From: Candidatus Adlerbacteria bacterium
GTDB lineage: Bacteria > Patescibacteriota > Minisyncoccia > Phycocordibacterales > SBAW01
Assembly: GCA_903851045.1 (NCBI GenBank)
Contig: CAINNF010000010.1
Span: forward strand, 1,258-65,257
Length of the DNA stretch: 64,000 nucleotides
Direction: 5' to 3'
Both the position numbers and the translations under genes were made by a program. The notes beneath the pieces are model-generated. The model worked only from the letters and a program-made list of their open reading frames with translations, did not search any database and was not told where the DNA came from. Positions 22,665-30,949 of the stretch are shown piece after piece. Numbering within the stretch: position 1 is the stretch's first letter; every line of letters starts with the position of its first letter.

Positions 22665-23141
22665 ATGCACCCCGAACTCTCTGTACCGCTCAGCTCCGTT
22701 GAGTTCGCTTTCACAGCGCGCTTGATAGTCGCAGTGGTCCTAGGAGCTCTGATGGGGATCAATCGCTCCCTCTTCGGAAAACATGCCGGCATGCGAACGT
22801 ACGCACTAGTCTCTTTAGGCTCGTGCGTTTTCGCTATCGTTGGCACGCTCGCCAGCTATGAACTATCCGCCTTCAACGGCATCAACCCCCTCCAAATAGC
22901 GGCATCGGTCGTGGTGGGGATCGGCTTTATCGGCAGCGGCCTTGCCGCGTTCCGCGGTGAGCATCCGATTGAACTCACCACAGCGTCCGGCATATGGGTG
23001 GTGGCAGCGGTCGGGATGGCGTGCGGCTACGGACTCTTCATCCTTGCGATCGCCTGTACGCTACTGGGTATCCTTATTTTCTCGCTGCTGTCGCATACCG
23101 AGCGGTGGTTACAAGACGTGTGGGGAGAAGAGCCTAACTAG
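22665..23141 (+). CDS. MgtC/SapB family protein
   Basis: AGMRTYALV, VVGIGFIGSG and LTTASGIW motifs. Confidence 0.92.
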   Translation: MHPELSVPLSSVEFAFTARLIVAVVLGALMGINRSLFGKHAGMRTYALVSLGSCVFAIVGTLASYELSAFNGINPLQIAASVVVGIGFIGSGLAAFRGEHPIELTTASGIWVVAAVGMACGYGLFILAIACTLLGILIFSLLSHTERWLQDVWGEEPN

Positions 23142-23200
23142 CGCTCCTTCGCACTGTCGATGGTTTTGCGATACAATGACGGTCACACAGCAACACCGTC

Positions 23201-24076
23201 ATGAGCTCATACTACAAACCACACAGAAATCCTGGCTGGAATTACGGGGGAAGAGAATGGCGCCTTTCACGCTCCAAGATCGACCTGTTTTTGGAATGCG
23301 CCCGTTGTTTCTACATCGACAACAAACTCGGTACCGCACGTCCACCGGGCTTCCCCTTCAACCTCAACTCGGCGGTTGACGAGCTTTTGAAGAAAGAATT
23401 CGATACACACCGTGCTGCCGGGACGCAACATCCGCTCGCGGCGGCCTACGGAGTGGACGCGGTGCCGCTCAACGACCCACGCATGGACGAGTGGCGTGAT
23501 GCGCTCAAACGCGGCATTCAGTACTATCACAAACCCACCGGCATGACGGTGCGCGGCGGCGTCGACGATGTGTGGCAAGACAAAGAGGGGAGACTTATCA
23601 TCGTCGACTACAAGGCAACGAGCAAAGATGGCAAGATCGAGTCGCTCGACGAAGAGTGGCATCGCGGCTATAAGCGTCAGATCGAGGTGTACCAGTGGCT
23701 CTTTCGACAAAACGGATTCCAAGTCCTTGATCTGGGGTATTGGGTCTATGCGAACGCCAGCAAAGACAGAGCAGCGTTCGATGGCAAGCTGGAGTTCGAG
23801 GTCACGCTCGTGCCGTATGTCGGTACTACCGACTGGGTCGAACCAACCCTCTTCGAACTCAAAAAGTGTTTGGATAGCAAGGAACTCCCGCCCGCTGCGA
23901 CCGACTGCGACTACTGTACCTACCGCAGAGCGGTCGAGGAGTCGCTCACCAAAGCCGGACTCGTCATGTCCTCGCACACTCCTACAATCGAACCGCAACC
24001 GGTTAAGAAAGAGGTGATTCGGCCGAAAGTAGCACAAAAAGAAGAACCCCACGAGGCGACCGGGCAGTTGTTCTAA
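23201..24076 (+). CDS. PD-(D/E)XK nuclease (AddB/Cas4-like)
   Basis: LS.S.I..F.EC.RCFY, G.VDD, IVDYK, Q...Y and C..C motifs. Confidence 0.88.
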   Translation: MSSYYKPHRNPGWNYGGREWRLSRSKIDLFLECARCFYIDNKLGTARPPGFPFNLNSAVDELLKKEFDTHRAAGTQHPLAAAYGVDAVPLNDPRMDEWRDALKRGIQYYHKPTGMTVRGGVDDVWQDKEGRLIIVDYKATSKDGKIESLDEEWHRGYKRQIEVYQWLFRQNGFQVLDLGYWVYANASKDRAAFDGKLEFEVTLVPYVGTTDWVEPTLFELKKCLDSKELPPAATDCDYCTYRRAVEESLTKAGLVMSSHTPTIEPQPVKKEVIRPKVAQKEEPHEATGQLF

Positions 24077-24078
24077 AT

Positions 24079-24110
24079 AAAAAAAAGAGACCTGGTAAGG
24101 GTCTCTAAAA
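24079..24110. terminator. Bidirectional terminator
   Basis: A-tract, AGAGACC-TGGTAAG-GGTCTCT, A-tract. Confidence 0.65.
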
Positions 24111-24117
24111 GAACGAG

Positions 24118-24294
24118 TGGTCGGGGTGAGTGGATTCGAACCACCGGCCTCCGCGCCCTGAGCGCGACGCTCTACCACGACTCTCCCTGATCAGGATCCA
24201 GTGTGTCGAGTATCCATTGCTGCTGCAGCGAACAACAGACCTTTCAGGCACACCGAGAAGTCCTCATCGATCGAGCCTCTGAGCTACACCCTCG
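24118..24294 (-). ncRNA. tRNA-like RNA: tRNA-Pro body, CAG anticodon, ~100-nt structured D-loop insertion
   Basis: Minus strand reads CGAGGGTG TA GCTC AG [101 nt] TGGTA GAGC G TCGCG CTCAGGG CGCGG AGGCC GGTGG TTCGAAT CCACT CACCCCG A CCA. Confidence 0.8.
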
Positions 24295-24305
24295 ATACTT
24301 GCGGC

Positions 24306-24333
24306 AGAATATCAAGATATCATAGAATGTCAA
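24306..24333 (-). promoter_or_regulatory. Promoter of the tRNA-like RNA
   Basis: TTGACA-16 nt-(TGA)TATTCT ending about 11 nt upstream of the 5' end. Confidence 0.55.
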
Positions 24334-24334
24334 C

Positions 24335-24673
24335 ATGCATGAAATTATGTGGGCAGATTTTGAGAAGGTGGAACTGCGCGTAGGGACGATTATCCAGGTT
24401 GAGGATTTCCCTGAGGCTCGCAAGCCAGCGTATAAATTGACAATTGATTTCGGCCCGGAGATAGGCATGAGGCGTTCGAGCGCACAGATTACTGCTCACT
24501 ATTCGAAAGAAGATTTGCTGCACAAACAGGTTGTTTGTGTTGTGAACTTTCCACCGAAGCAGATTGGCCCGTTTATATCGGAGTGTCTCACAACCGGCTT
24601 CGCCGACTCTGACGGCAACGTCGTCCTCGCCCAACCAGAGCGGCTCGTACCTAATGGATCAAAGATGTATTAA
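24335..24673 (+). CDS. csaA: tRNA-binding/chaperone protein CsaA
   Basis: [19 protein letters not shown] and [10 protein letters not shown] motifs. Confidence 0.93.
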   Translation: MHEIMWADFEKVELRVGTIIQVEDFPEARKPAYKLTIDFGPEIGMRRSSAQITAHYSKEDLLHKQVVCVVNFPPKQIGPFISECLTTGFADSDGNVVLAQPERLVPNGSKMY

Positions 24674-24681
24674 ATACATAC

Positions 24682-25152
24682 ATGAAAGAAGTCACACTGC
24701 TTTTCCTTATTAAGCCCGATTCGCGCGAGATATTGCTCGCAATGAAGAAGCGTGGATTTGGCGAAGGGAAGTTTAATGGCACCGGCGGCAAGGTTGAAGC
24801 TACAGAAACGTCAAAACAGGCTACTGTACGAGAAGCGAAAGAGGAGATTGGTGTCGATGTGAGCGAGGACGATCTTGTTGAAGTAGCCGATATTACTTTT
24901 TTGTTCGAGAACAAACCTGATTGGAGCTTCCACTGTATCGCGTACACGACGACCCACTGGGAAGGCGAACCTTCAGAGAGCGAAGAGATGGCGCCGCAGT
25001 GGTTCTCATTCGACGAGATACCTTATGAGCGCATGTGGGTCGACGACAAATATTGGTTACCGCAAGTCCTCGAGAGCAAGAAGCTTAATGCAATATTCCA
25101 CTTTTCTGAAGATGCGAACGCGGTGCTGAGCCAAAAAATAACCGATCGTTAA
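24682..25152 (+). CDS. NUDIX hydrolase (MTH1/MutT-like)
   Basis: KKRGFG, Nudix box GGKVE...REAKEEIG and MW.DD.YWLP. Confidence 0.92.
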   Translation: MKEVTLLFLIKPDSREILLAMKKRGFGEGKFNGTGGKVEATETSKQATVREAKEEIGVDVSEDDLVEVADITFLFENKPDWSFHCIAYTTTHWEGEPSESEEMAPQWFSFDEIPYERMWVDDKYWLPQVLESKKLNAIFHFSEDANAVLSQKITDR

Positions 25153-25154
25153 AA

Positions 25155-25177
25155 GTAACGCAGTCAGACTGCGTTAG
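25155..25177. terminator. Hairpin between convergent NUDIX genes
   Basis: TAACGCAGTC-A-GACTGCGTTA. Confidence 0.55.
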
Positions 25178-25180
25178 ATA

Positions 25181-25618
25181 CTAGCTACTACTTTCCATCT
25201 CCGAAAAAGCGACGCCTTGTTCGATGAATGGGAGTGCGGCTGCAACTTCCTCGACAACGTTGGCACCCAACTCGGCAAGTGTCGCCCAACGGAGGTCGCC
25301 TATCTTTTCGGGTTCATTATTGACTGGCTCACCTTGCCACTGAGCAGCAACAAAGAAGTACTCAACTAGAACATCTTCACGGTACAGCACGTGCGCGAAC
25401 TGTAGGTCGATAGGTGCGATAGTGACGCCAACCTCCTCCTGTGCCTCGCGAACCATCGCCTCGGTCGGCAACTCGCCCGGGTCGACGTGCCCCGCGGGTA
25501 AGCTATAGAAGCCGTTGCGGTAGTCGGTGTTCTTGCGCTGGACGAACAGATACTTGCCATCCCGTTGCAACACGAGATACACCGCCACGCGCACCTTCAG
25601 CCGCTCTGCCATCGTCAT
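25181..25618 (-). CDS. NUDIX hydrolase
   Basis: PAGHVDPGE...REAQEEVG and GEP.N.EP.K motifs. Confidence 0.9.
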   Translation of the reverse strand: MTMAERLKVRVAVYLVLQRDGKYLFVQRKNTDYRNGFYSLPAGHVDPGELPTEAMVREAQEEVGVTIAPIDLQFAHVLYREDVLVEYFFVAAQWQGEPVNNEPEKIGDLRWATLAELGANVVEEVAAALPFIEQGVAFSEMESSS

Positions 25619-25624
25619 GCCGCT

Positions 25625-25653
25625 AGTGTACCACACGCCCCTTGTGGTACACT
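25625..25653. promoter_or_regulatory. Palindromic back-to-back extended -10 promoters / possible operator
   Basis: AGTGTACCACA-7 nt-TGTGGTACACT; each TACACT lies 6 nt from an ATG. Confidence 0.65.
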
Positions 25654-25659
25654 GTAGAT

Positions 25660-25845
25660 ATGACCGCGAACACGCTTCAAACACCACAAGAGCTCGTTGG
25701 TTCGGTACGTCGTTTTGGCAATAACGGCGTCTTGTACGAGGTGCTTCGTCAGATAGACGACTCCTCCGTACTCATCCATGTGCTTGAGACCGGAGAAGAG
25801 ACTACGTATCCTATAGCTGAGGCCTTGGGCGACCCTAACGAATAA
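25660..25845 (+). CDS. Small putative antitoxin (DUF5397-like)
   Basis: LVG..RRFG..GV.YEV..ETGE...Y......DP motif; directly upstream of vapD. Confidence 0.7.
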   Translation: MTANTLQTPQELVGSVRRFGNNGVLYEVLRQIDDSSVLIHVLETGEETTYPIAEALGDPNE

Positions 25846-25848
25846 TCT

Positions 25849-26127
25849 ATGTTTGCTATCACGTTTGACTTGGTGGTTTCCGAGACGAGCGAGCATCACC
25901 CAAAAGGCATCACGCAGGCATATAACGATATCGCCGCAGTGCTCGGGCGCTTTGGTTTTGAGCGCATCCAGGGCAGCGTCTATGTCACAAAGTCAGAGGA
26001 CATGGCAAATCTCTTCCAAGCCATCATTGCACTAAAAGAGCTCGGGTGGTTCGCCCCGTCGGTACGCGATATTCGCGCCTTCCGTATCGAGCAGTGGTCT
26101 GATTTTACCACCGTCATAAAAAGCTAA
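25849..26127 (+). CDS. vapD: VapD family (Cas2-like) endoribonuclease
   Basis: MFAI.FDL, AY.DI, GF..IQGSVY and VRDIRAFRIE.WSDFT motifs. Confidence 0.9.
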   Translation: MFAITFDLVVSETSEHHPKGITQAYNDIAAVLGRFGFERIQGSVYVTKSEDMANLFQAIIALKELGWFAPSVRDIRAFRIEQWSDFTTVIKS

Positions 26128-26835
26128 ATGGAGGTAAAGATTGACGAATCTTGGAAACGACGGCTGGCGGAAGAGTTTAAGCAGCCTTACTTCAAGGAGC
26201 TTTCGGATTTTGTCCACAAGGAGTACCAAGATGAGGTCGTGTATCCGCCGCCAAAATATATCTTCCGCGCTTTTGACCTCTGCCCATTCGAGGCAGTCGA
26301 GGTCGTGATACTTGGCCAGGACCCGTACCATGGTCCGAGGCAGGCGAATGGACTTTGTTTCGCGGTCGATGAGACGGTGCCGCTCCCACCATCGCTCCAG
26401 AATATCTTCAAAGAGATCGAGAGTGAGTATTCATCTAAAACGAAAGAGTTGGACCAAAAAAGCGGCGTGCCCTTCGAAGCTTCAGCGAAGAAGGGAGATT
26501 TGAGCCGCTGGGCGACGCAGGGTGTCCTCCTGCTTAACGCGACACTCACCGTGCGCGCACGGCTCGCTGGTTCGCACCAGGGGAAGGGATGGGAGCAACT
26601 CACGGACGCCGCGGTAGCTGCGCTTTCCAGTGAGCGCGAGCATCTGGTCTTTATGTTGTGGGGCAATTACGCGAAGCGAAAAGGAGAACATATCGACCGC
26701 ACCAAACACCTGGTACTCGAAGCAGCACATCCATCACCCTTCTCCGCCCACAATGGGTTCTTCGGCTGTGGACATTTCAAAAAAGCGAACGAGTATCTGG
26801 TCGCACACGGCAAAAAACCTGTCGAGTGGCGATGA
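26128..26835 (+). CDS. ung: Uracil-DNA glycosylase
   Basis: GQDPYH, GVLLLN and HPSPFS motifs. Confidence 0.97.
   Translation: MEVKIDESWKRRLAEEFKQPYFKELSDFVHKEYQDEVVYPPPKYIFRAFDLCPFEAVEVVILGQDPYHGPRQANGLCFAVDETVPLPPSLQNIFKEIESEYSSKTKELDQKSGVPFEASAKKGDLSRWATQGVLLLNATLTVRARLAGSHQGKGWEQLTDAAVAALSSEREHLVFMLWGNYAKRKGEHIDRTKHLVLEAAHPSPFSAHNGFFGCGHFKKANEYLVAHGKKPVEWR
26470..26495. repeat. Short palindromic element within ung
   Basis: CCCTTC-GAAGCTTCAGCGAA-GAAGGG; related to the intergenic copy at 63883. Confidence 0.55.
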
Positions 26836-26958
26836 GGTGTTCATTCATCATGCCAACTTACACCAACTTCCTTGTTCCATGTATGTAACGGTCGTTACAG
26901 ATATGGAACAGGAGCATACCACCCATTCCGAAGGAAGCGGTCGTTGTGGGAGGTCAAA

Positions 26959-28938
26959 CTACCAGATCTTCGCGCGGTGTTTTGGTTCGCGGTAGAGTTG
27001 GTCGCCCTTGTTGACGTCGAACGCTTTGTAAAACTCGGTGAGATTCGAAACCGGACCATTGACCCGGTTCGGGCCGGCGGAGTGTGGGTCGATGGCAGCC
27101 AGCATCTTCAAGAATTGCGGACGGGCCACCTCCTGTTCCGCTTGTGCGAACCCGAGGAAAAAGCGCTGTTCGGGCGTGAAACCGTCGATGGTCTTTCGTC
27201 CTGTCCTGCGGAGTCGCATCATATAGGCATCGAACGCAATGGATGCACCACCAAGATCGGCGATATTCTCTCCAAGCGTCAATTTCCCGTTCGCCTTCAC
27301 CCCATCGACGACCTCGTACTTGTTGAATTGTTCCACCAAGACCTCCGCCTTTTTAGTGAAATGGTTCTTGTCCGCCGTACTCCACCACGAACGCATGTTA
27401 CCCTTGGCGTCGAACTTCGAACCCTGGTCGTCGAACCCGTGGGAGATCTCGTGACCGATAACCGCGCCGATACCACCATAGTTGACCGCATCATCCGCGC
27501 TCGCGCCGAAGAACGGCGGCTGGAGTATCGCGGCAGGGAAGACGACCTCGTTCAGATTGAACTGACAATACGCGTTCACGGTCTGGGGCGTCATCAACCA
27601 CTCTTTTCGATCCACTGGCTTGCGCAGACGACGCATGGCCTTCGCGTGCTGGTACTCGTGGCTGCGCGTGAAGTTGCCGAAGAAATCGTCAGGACGGATG
27701 TCGACACCTTTGTATGCATCGAACTTCGATGGATAGCCGATCTTGCAGTTCATCGCGCGTAGCTTGCCGATCGCCTTCTTCTTGGTCGCAGGTGTCATCC
27801 AGTCCAAGTTCCTGATACGCGCCTCGTACGCATCGAAGAGGTCGTCGACGAGCACCTGCATACGGCGCTTCGCCTCGCGAGTGAAGTGCTTCTGTACATA
27901 TATCTTGCCGAGCATCTCGCCGAGCGTCCCGTTGACCGCGCCGAGCGACCGGCGCCACAGTGCACGCATCTGTGTACTACCGGTCAGGGTCCTGCTATAA
28001 AAATCAAAACTTGTTTTGACGAATCTCTCCGAGAGAATCGGTGCCGACTCGTTGATAAGGTGCCACTCCAAGTATGTTTTCCAATCGTCGAGACTAATAT
28101 CCTCGAGCATGCGCCCGACCTCCTTAAAGAAGTCCGGCTGCGCGACGATAAACTCGGTGATGCCGCTCACGCCCAGATGCTTGAAATACTCCTTCCACGC
28201 CATCTGCGGAACTTCCCTTTGGAAGGCGGCAGGCGTACGCTTGTGGTAGGTCTTCTCCGCATCGCGCATGTCCTCCTTCACCATCGACGCTTTCGCGAGA
28301 CGCGTCTCGATCCTCAGCACCACGTCGCGCGCGCGAGCAGCGACCGCTGGCGTCATACCCGAGAGCATGAGGATCTTTTTCACATATTTGATATACGCCT
28401 CGCGCACGCGCACCTGCTCGGCGGCGTTGCTGAGGTAATACTCACGCTCCGGCATGCCGATACCATCCTGTGTGAGATGAAGGAGATACTTCGAACTGTT
28501 CTTCGCGTCCTGGTCGATATAGAACTCCCACGGCACTGCGACCCCATAGTGGTGCAAACGACCAATCATCGATAGCAGTTCGTCGTGTGTCGAGATGGCA
28601 CGCACATCGCGGATCCATGGCGCAAGCGGCTTCACACCGAGCGCGTTGCGACGCGGCATATCCATCGCAGAACGGTACATGTCCGCTATGCGCTGCTCGT
28701 CTGAACCTTTTTTCGGCGACTTTTTGTCACACATGTCAAGTACTATGGCGTGGAGCTGATGCTCGGTGTTGTAGCGCAAGATATTGAAAGATCCCCACCG
28801 CGATTCGTCTGCCGGAATGGTGTGCTTCTTGATCCACCCACCATTGGCATAGTGGTAGAAGTCGTCCTGTGGACGGATCGAAGGATCTATGTTCTTTGGG
28901 TCAAACCCCCAGCCGACCTTGTGAGATGTTTTTTGCAT
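26959..28938 (-). CDS. pepO: M13 family metallopeptidase (PepO/neprilysin-like)
   Basis: DDFYHYANGGW, VNAY, HEISHGFD and GENIAD motifs. Confidence 0.95.
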   Translation of the reverse strand: MQKTSHKVGWGFDPKNIDPSIRPQDDFYHYANGGWIKKHTIPADESRWGSFNILRYNTEHQLHAIVLDMCDKKSPKKGSDEQRIADMYRSAMDMPRRNALGVKPLAPWIRDVRAISTHDELLSMIGRLHHYGVAVPWEFYIDQDAKNSSKYLLHLTQDGIGMPEREYYLSNAAEQVRVREAYIKYVKKILMLSGMTPAVAARARDVVLRIETRLAKASMVKEDMRDAEKTYHKRTPAAFQREVPQMAWKEYFKHLGVSGITEFIVAQPDFFKEVGRMLEDISLDDWKTYLEWHLINESAPILSERFVKTSFDFYSRTLTGSTQMRALWRRSLGAVNGTLGEMLGKIYVQKHFTREAKRRMQVLVDDLFDAYEARIRNLDWMTPATKKKAIGKLRAMNCKIGYPSKFDAYKGVDIRPDDFFGNFTRSHEYQHAKAMRRLRKPVDRKEWLMTPQTVNAYCQFNLNEVVFPAAILQPPFFGASADDAVNYGGIGAVIGHEISHGFDDQGSKFDAKGNMRSWWSTADKNHFTKKAEVLVEQFNKYEVVDGVKANGKLTLGENIADLGGASIAFDAYMMRLRRTGRKTIDGFTPEQRFFLGFAQAEQEVARPQFLKMLAAIDPHSAGPNRVNGPVSNLTEFYKAFDVNKGDQLYREPKHRAKIW

Positions 28939-28982
28939 ATCGTTGCACTGGTCTTACCAGATAGTACCTCGGATGTAAAAGG

Positions 28983-29012
28983 TTGACAAAGTCACATGCA
29001 CATGTGTATTTT
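28983..29012 (+). promoter_or_regulatory. Promoter of the ORFan operon
   Basis: TTGACA-18 nt-TATTTT; GGGAGG SD before GTG at 29050. Confidence 0.5.
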
Positions 29013-29049
29013 AGTGTTGGACTGAACTTCGAAACAGGGAGGACACAGT

Positions 29050-30228
29050 GTGACCGCAATGATGCGTCACAGGCGTCGGGCTCGTCTGAAGTTTTGTGGC
29101 AGAAAAGGTCTGCTGCCAAACGATGCGCAGGAGCTCCGCGCAGAACTTCATCGCCTCTGTGATGACGCACGACTCGAGGATGTGGTGAGAATACACATTC
29201 GCACCTGCTTCACCGAACTCGTGACCCATCCAGGGATCTACGTTCACCAACCAAGAATCAACGGTGTCCCACTCACGTGGGAAGGAGGAGATCACCGACA
29301 TGTACACATGCTGCTCTACAGTGAGAACATGTCAGCTTGGCGACTGCATTCGCGTCTCACCGCACCAAGGGAGCTGCTCGATGATTCCACATCAACAGAA
29401 GGCCAACCAGCAATGGTAGCGATTGATCCGAGGCGTGTGCTCGAAAGGATTCTGAGCAACGCGCATCGAGAACCAGCTACAATTCCCAGCAATGTTCCAC
29501 CAAGGGCGAACGTAAGCACCCCGGCACCAATAGCACCAGCACCCCAGGTCCCGGTCACGCCTGCGGAACCTGCTCACGAGCAGCATCGCAGGACCGTCGC
29601 GACTTTTGTCGAGGATGAGCGCTGTGTCGATGATTTCCTCCGCATGAGCATGGAGAAGGCAGACGACCAGGGCAATATTTCCACAGGAACTTGCGTGGAG
29701 ATCCTCAGGGCACACTTTGGGTTTCCGAACAACATCCCATACCGCGACGAAACTCGTCGCGCCGAGTACAACATGCCGTACCAAGTTCTGACTCACCTCA
29801 GAACAAATGGCGTACTCGAACCCGGCCCCCGGGGATACTGCCGCATACCTGAAGCAACACGGGCGCGACTGCACAACTCAGTGTCCGACACACCCGCCGC
29901 CATACCTGTCGAACCGGGTGGGCACGATGCTATGACAGCTCCAGCAACCGCAAAACGGGTTGAGGTGGCCATTCAAGACCCGTTGAGTCTCTTGCAACAG
30001 GTTGCCGAGCTGTCCGCACTCGTGAAGCAAATACCGACCAAGCGCGCCAAGATGAAGGAACTCATTGCAAGTCGTGCCAAGATCCACGAACAGGTCGATG
30101 CACTCCTTAAGCAGAGTGACGCAGCAACGCAACAGATAGCGTTGATCGAAGCCGAACTGAGCACCCATGCGGATGCAGAAAAACTGCTCGCAGAGATCGG
30201 TCGCATGGCCACTGTCAAAGGAGGATAG
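29050..30228 (+). CDS. Hypothetical protein (Pro-rich linker, possible winged helix, C-terminal coiled coil)
   Basis: 392-aa ORF with SD. Confidence 0.75.
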   Translation: MTAMMRHRRRARLKFCGRKGLLPNDAQELRAELHRLCDDARLEDVVRIHIRTCFTELVTHPGIYVHQPRINGVPLTWEGGDHRHVHMLLYSENMSAWRLHSRLTAPRELLDDSTSTEGQPAMVAIDPRRVLERILSNAHREPATIPSNVPPRANVSTPAPIAPAPQVPVTPAEPAHEQHRRTVATFVEDERCVDDFLRMSMEKADDQGNISTGTCVEILRAHFGFPNNIPYRDETRRAEYNMPYQVLTHLRTNGVLEPGPRGYCRIPEATRARLHNSVSDTPAAIPVEPGGHDAMTAPATAKRVEVAIQDPLSLLQQVAELSALVKQIPTKRAKMKELIASRAKIHEQVDALLKQSDAATQQIALIEAELSTHADAEKLLAEIGRMATVKGG

Positions 30229-30680
30229 TGGTGAGCGAACGAAGGCGTGCTATCGTCCAGAAAGTCGTACGCGACGGTGACCACGGGCCGTACGCGGTAG
30301 CGCTTTCGGACGATCAAGAGAGACTGAACATCACGTTCTCTCTTGGACCCAGGGTCTGGAAGAGTGAGGAGTATCCAGAACCAGGGACGTACGTTATCCT
30401 GTCTCAGCTTTCTTACAAGCGAGCAGGGTGGCGCGCGGGACGCGGACGACTCATGCAGCCGTCCGATCAGCAAACAGCAAACAGCAACAAGCAAGGAGCA
30501 ATGAGCAATGAGCAATGGCTAAGAATACACGGCGGGCCCGTACCGCAACAACAGCACTTGTCCAGCAGTTCTCTCAAGCCGAAGTGGTCCTGGCCGCGAT
30601 CGCTGAGTGTCGCGAACGGTACGCACTCACTCATCCGGGCAAGACGATCGACAAGGTCCACGTGGTGTGGGGAGGCGTGA
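30228..30680 (+). CDS. Hypothetical protein (possible OB-fold); 3' end uncertain
   Basis: AGGAGG SD; G.HGPYAVA..ITFSL..W..PG..V..KRAGWRA motif; reads through heptamer repeats into the next gene. Confidence 0.65.
   Translation: MVSERRRAIVQKVVRDGDHGPYAVALSDDQERLNITFSLGPRVWKSEEYPEPGTYVILSQLSYKRAGWRAGRGRLMQPSDQQTANSNKQGAMSNEQWLRIHGGPVPQQQHLSSSSLKPKWSWPRSLSVANGTHSLIRARRSTRSTWCGEA
30468..30517 (+). repeat. Heptamer tandem repeats CAGCAAA / GAGCAAT
   Basis: cagcaaa cagcaaa cagcaac aagcaag gagcaat gagcaat gagcaat. Confidence 0.8.
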
Positions 30681-30871
30681 ACAAGCTTCTGGAAAAACTC
30701 TATCCGGGCGAGGAACCACGTGCGATCACGGAACGCCTGTTTCAGCAAAGGATTATCGGTTTGCAAGTCGTCCGTGGAGGAGCCATTATCTGGGACCCCA
30801 AGGACGCGCCCCTTCCGCCCATACTTATGGACATGTCGGAGGCTGTGGCAAAGAGGTTGCAGAAGAAATAA
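30515..30871 (+). CDS. Hypothetical protein
   Basis: 118-aa ORF followed by a terminator. Confidence 0.7.
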   Translation: MAKNTRRARTATTALVQQFSQAEVVLAAIAECRERYALTHPGKTIDKVHVVWGGVNKLLEKLYPGEEPRAITERLFQQRIIGLQVVRGGAIIWDPKDAPLPPILMDMSEAVAKRLQKK

Positions 30872-30889
30872 ACAAGGTTTCTGACCACC

Positions 30890-30925
30890 GAGCCCGCACA
30901 TTTGTGCGGGCTCTTTTCTTTTTTT
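30890..30925 (+). terminator. Intrinsic terminator
   Basis: GAGCCCGCACA-TT-TGTGCGGGCTC followed by a T-tract. Confidence 0.85.
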
Positions 30926-30949
30926 GCATTAGACGATACTCTTTTACTT

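Noticed and set aside
24178-24278. Hammerhead ribozyme or group I intron in the tRNA insert
   Set aside because: GATGA...GAAA is present but the CUGANGA core is not; the insert is too short for a group I core.
23201-26127. CRISPR-Cas locus (Cas4-like plus Cas2-like genes)
   Set aside because: No repeat-spacer array and no cas1; the Cas2-fold protein has VapD motifs and a partner antitoxin.
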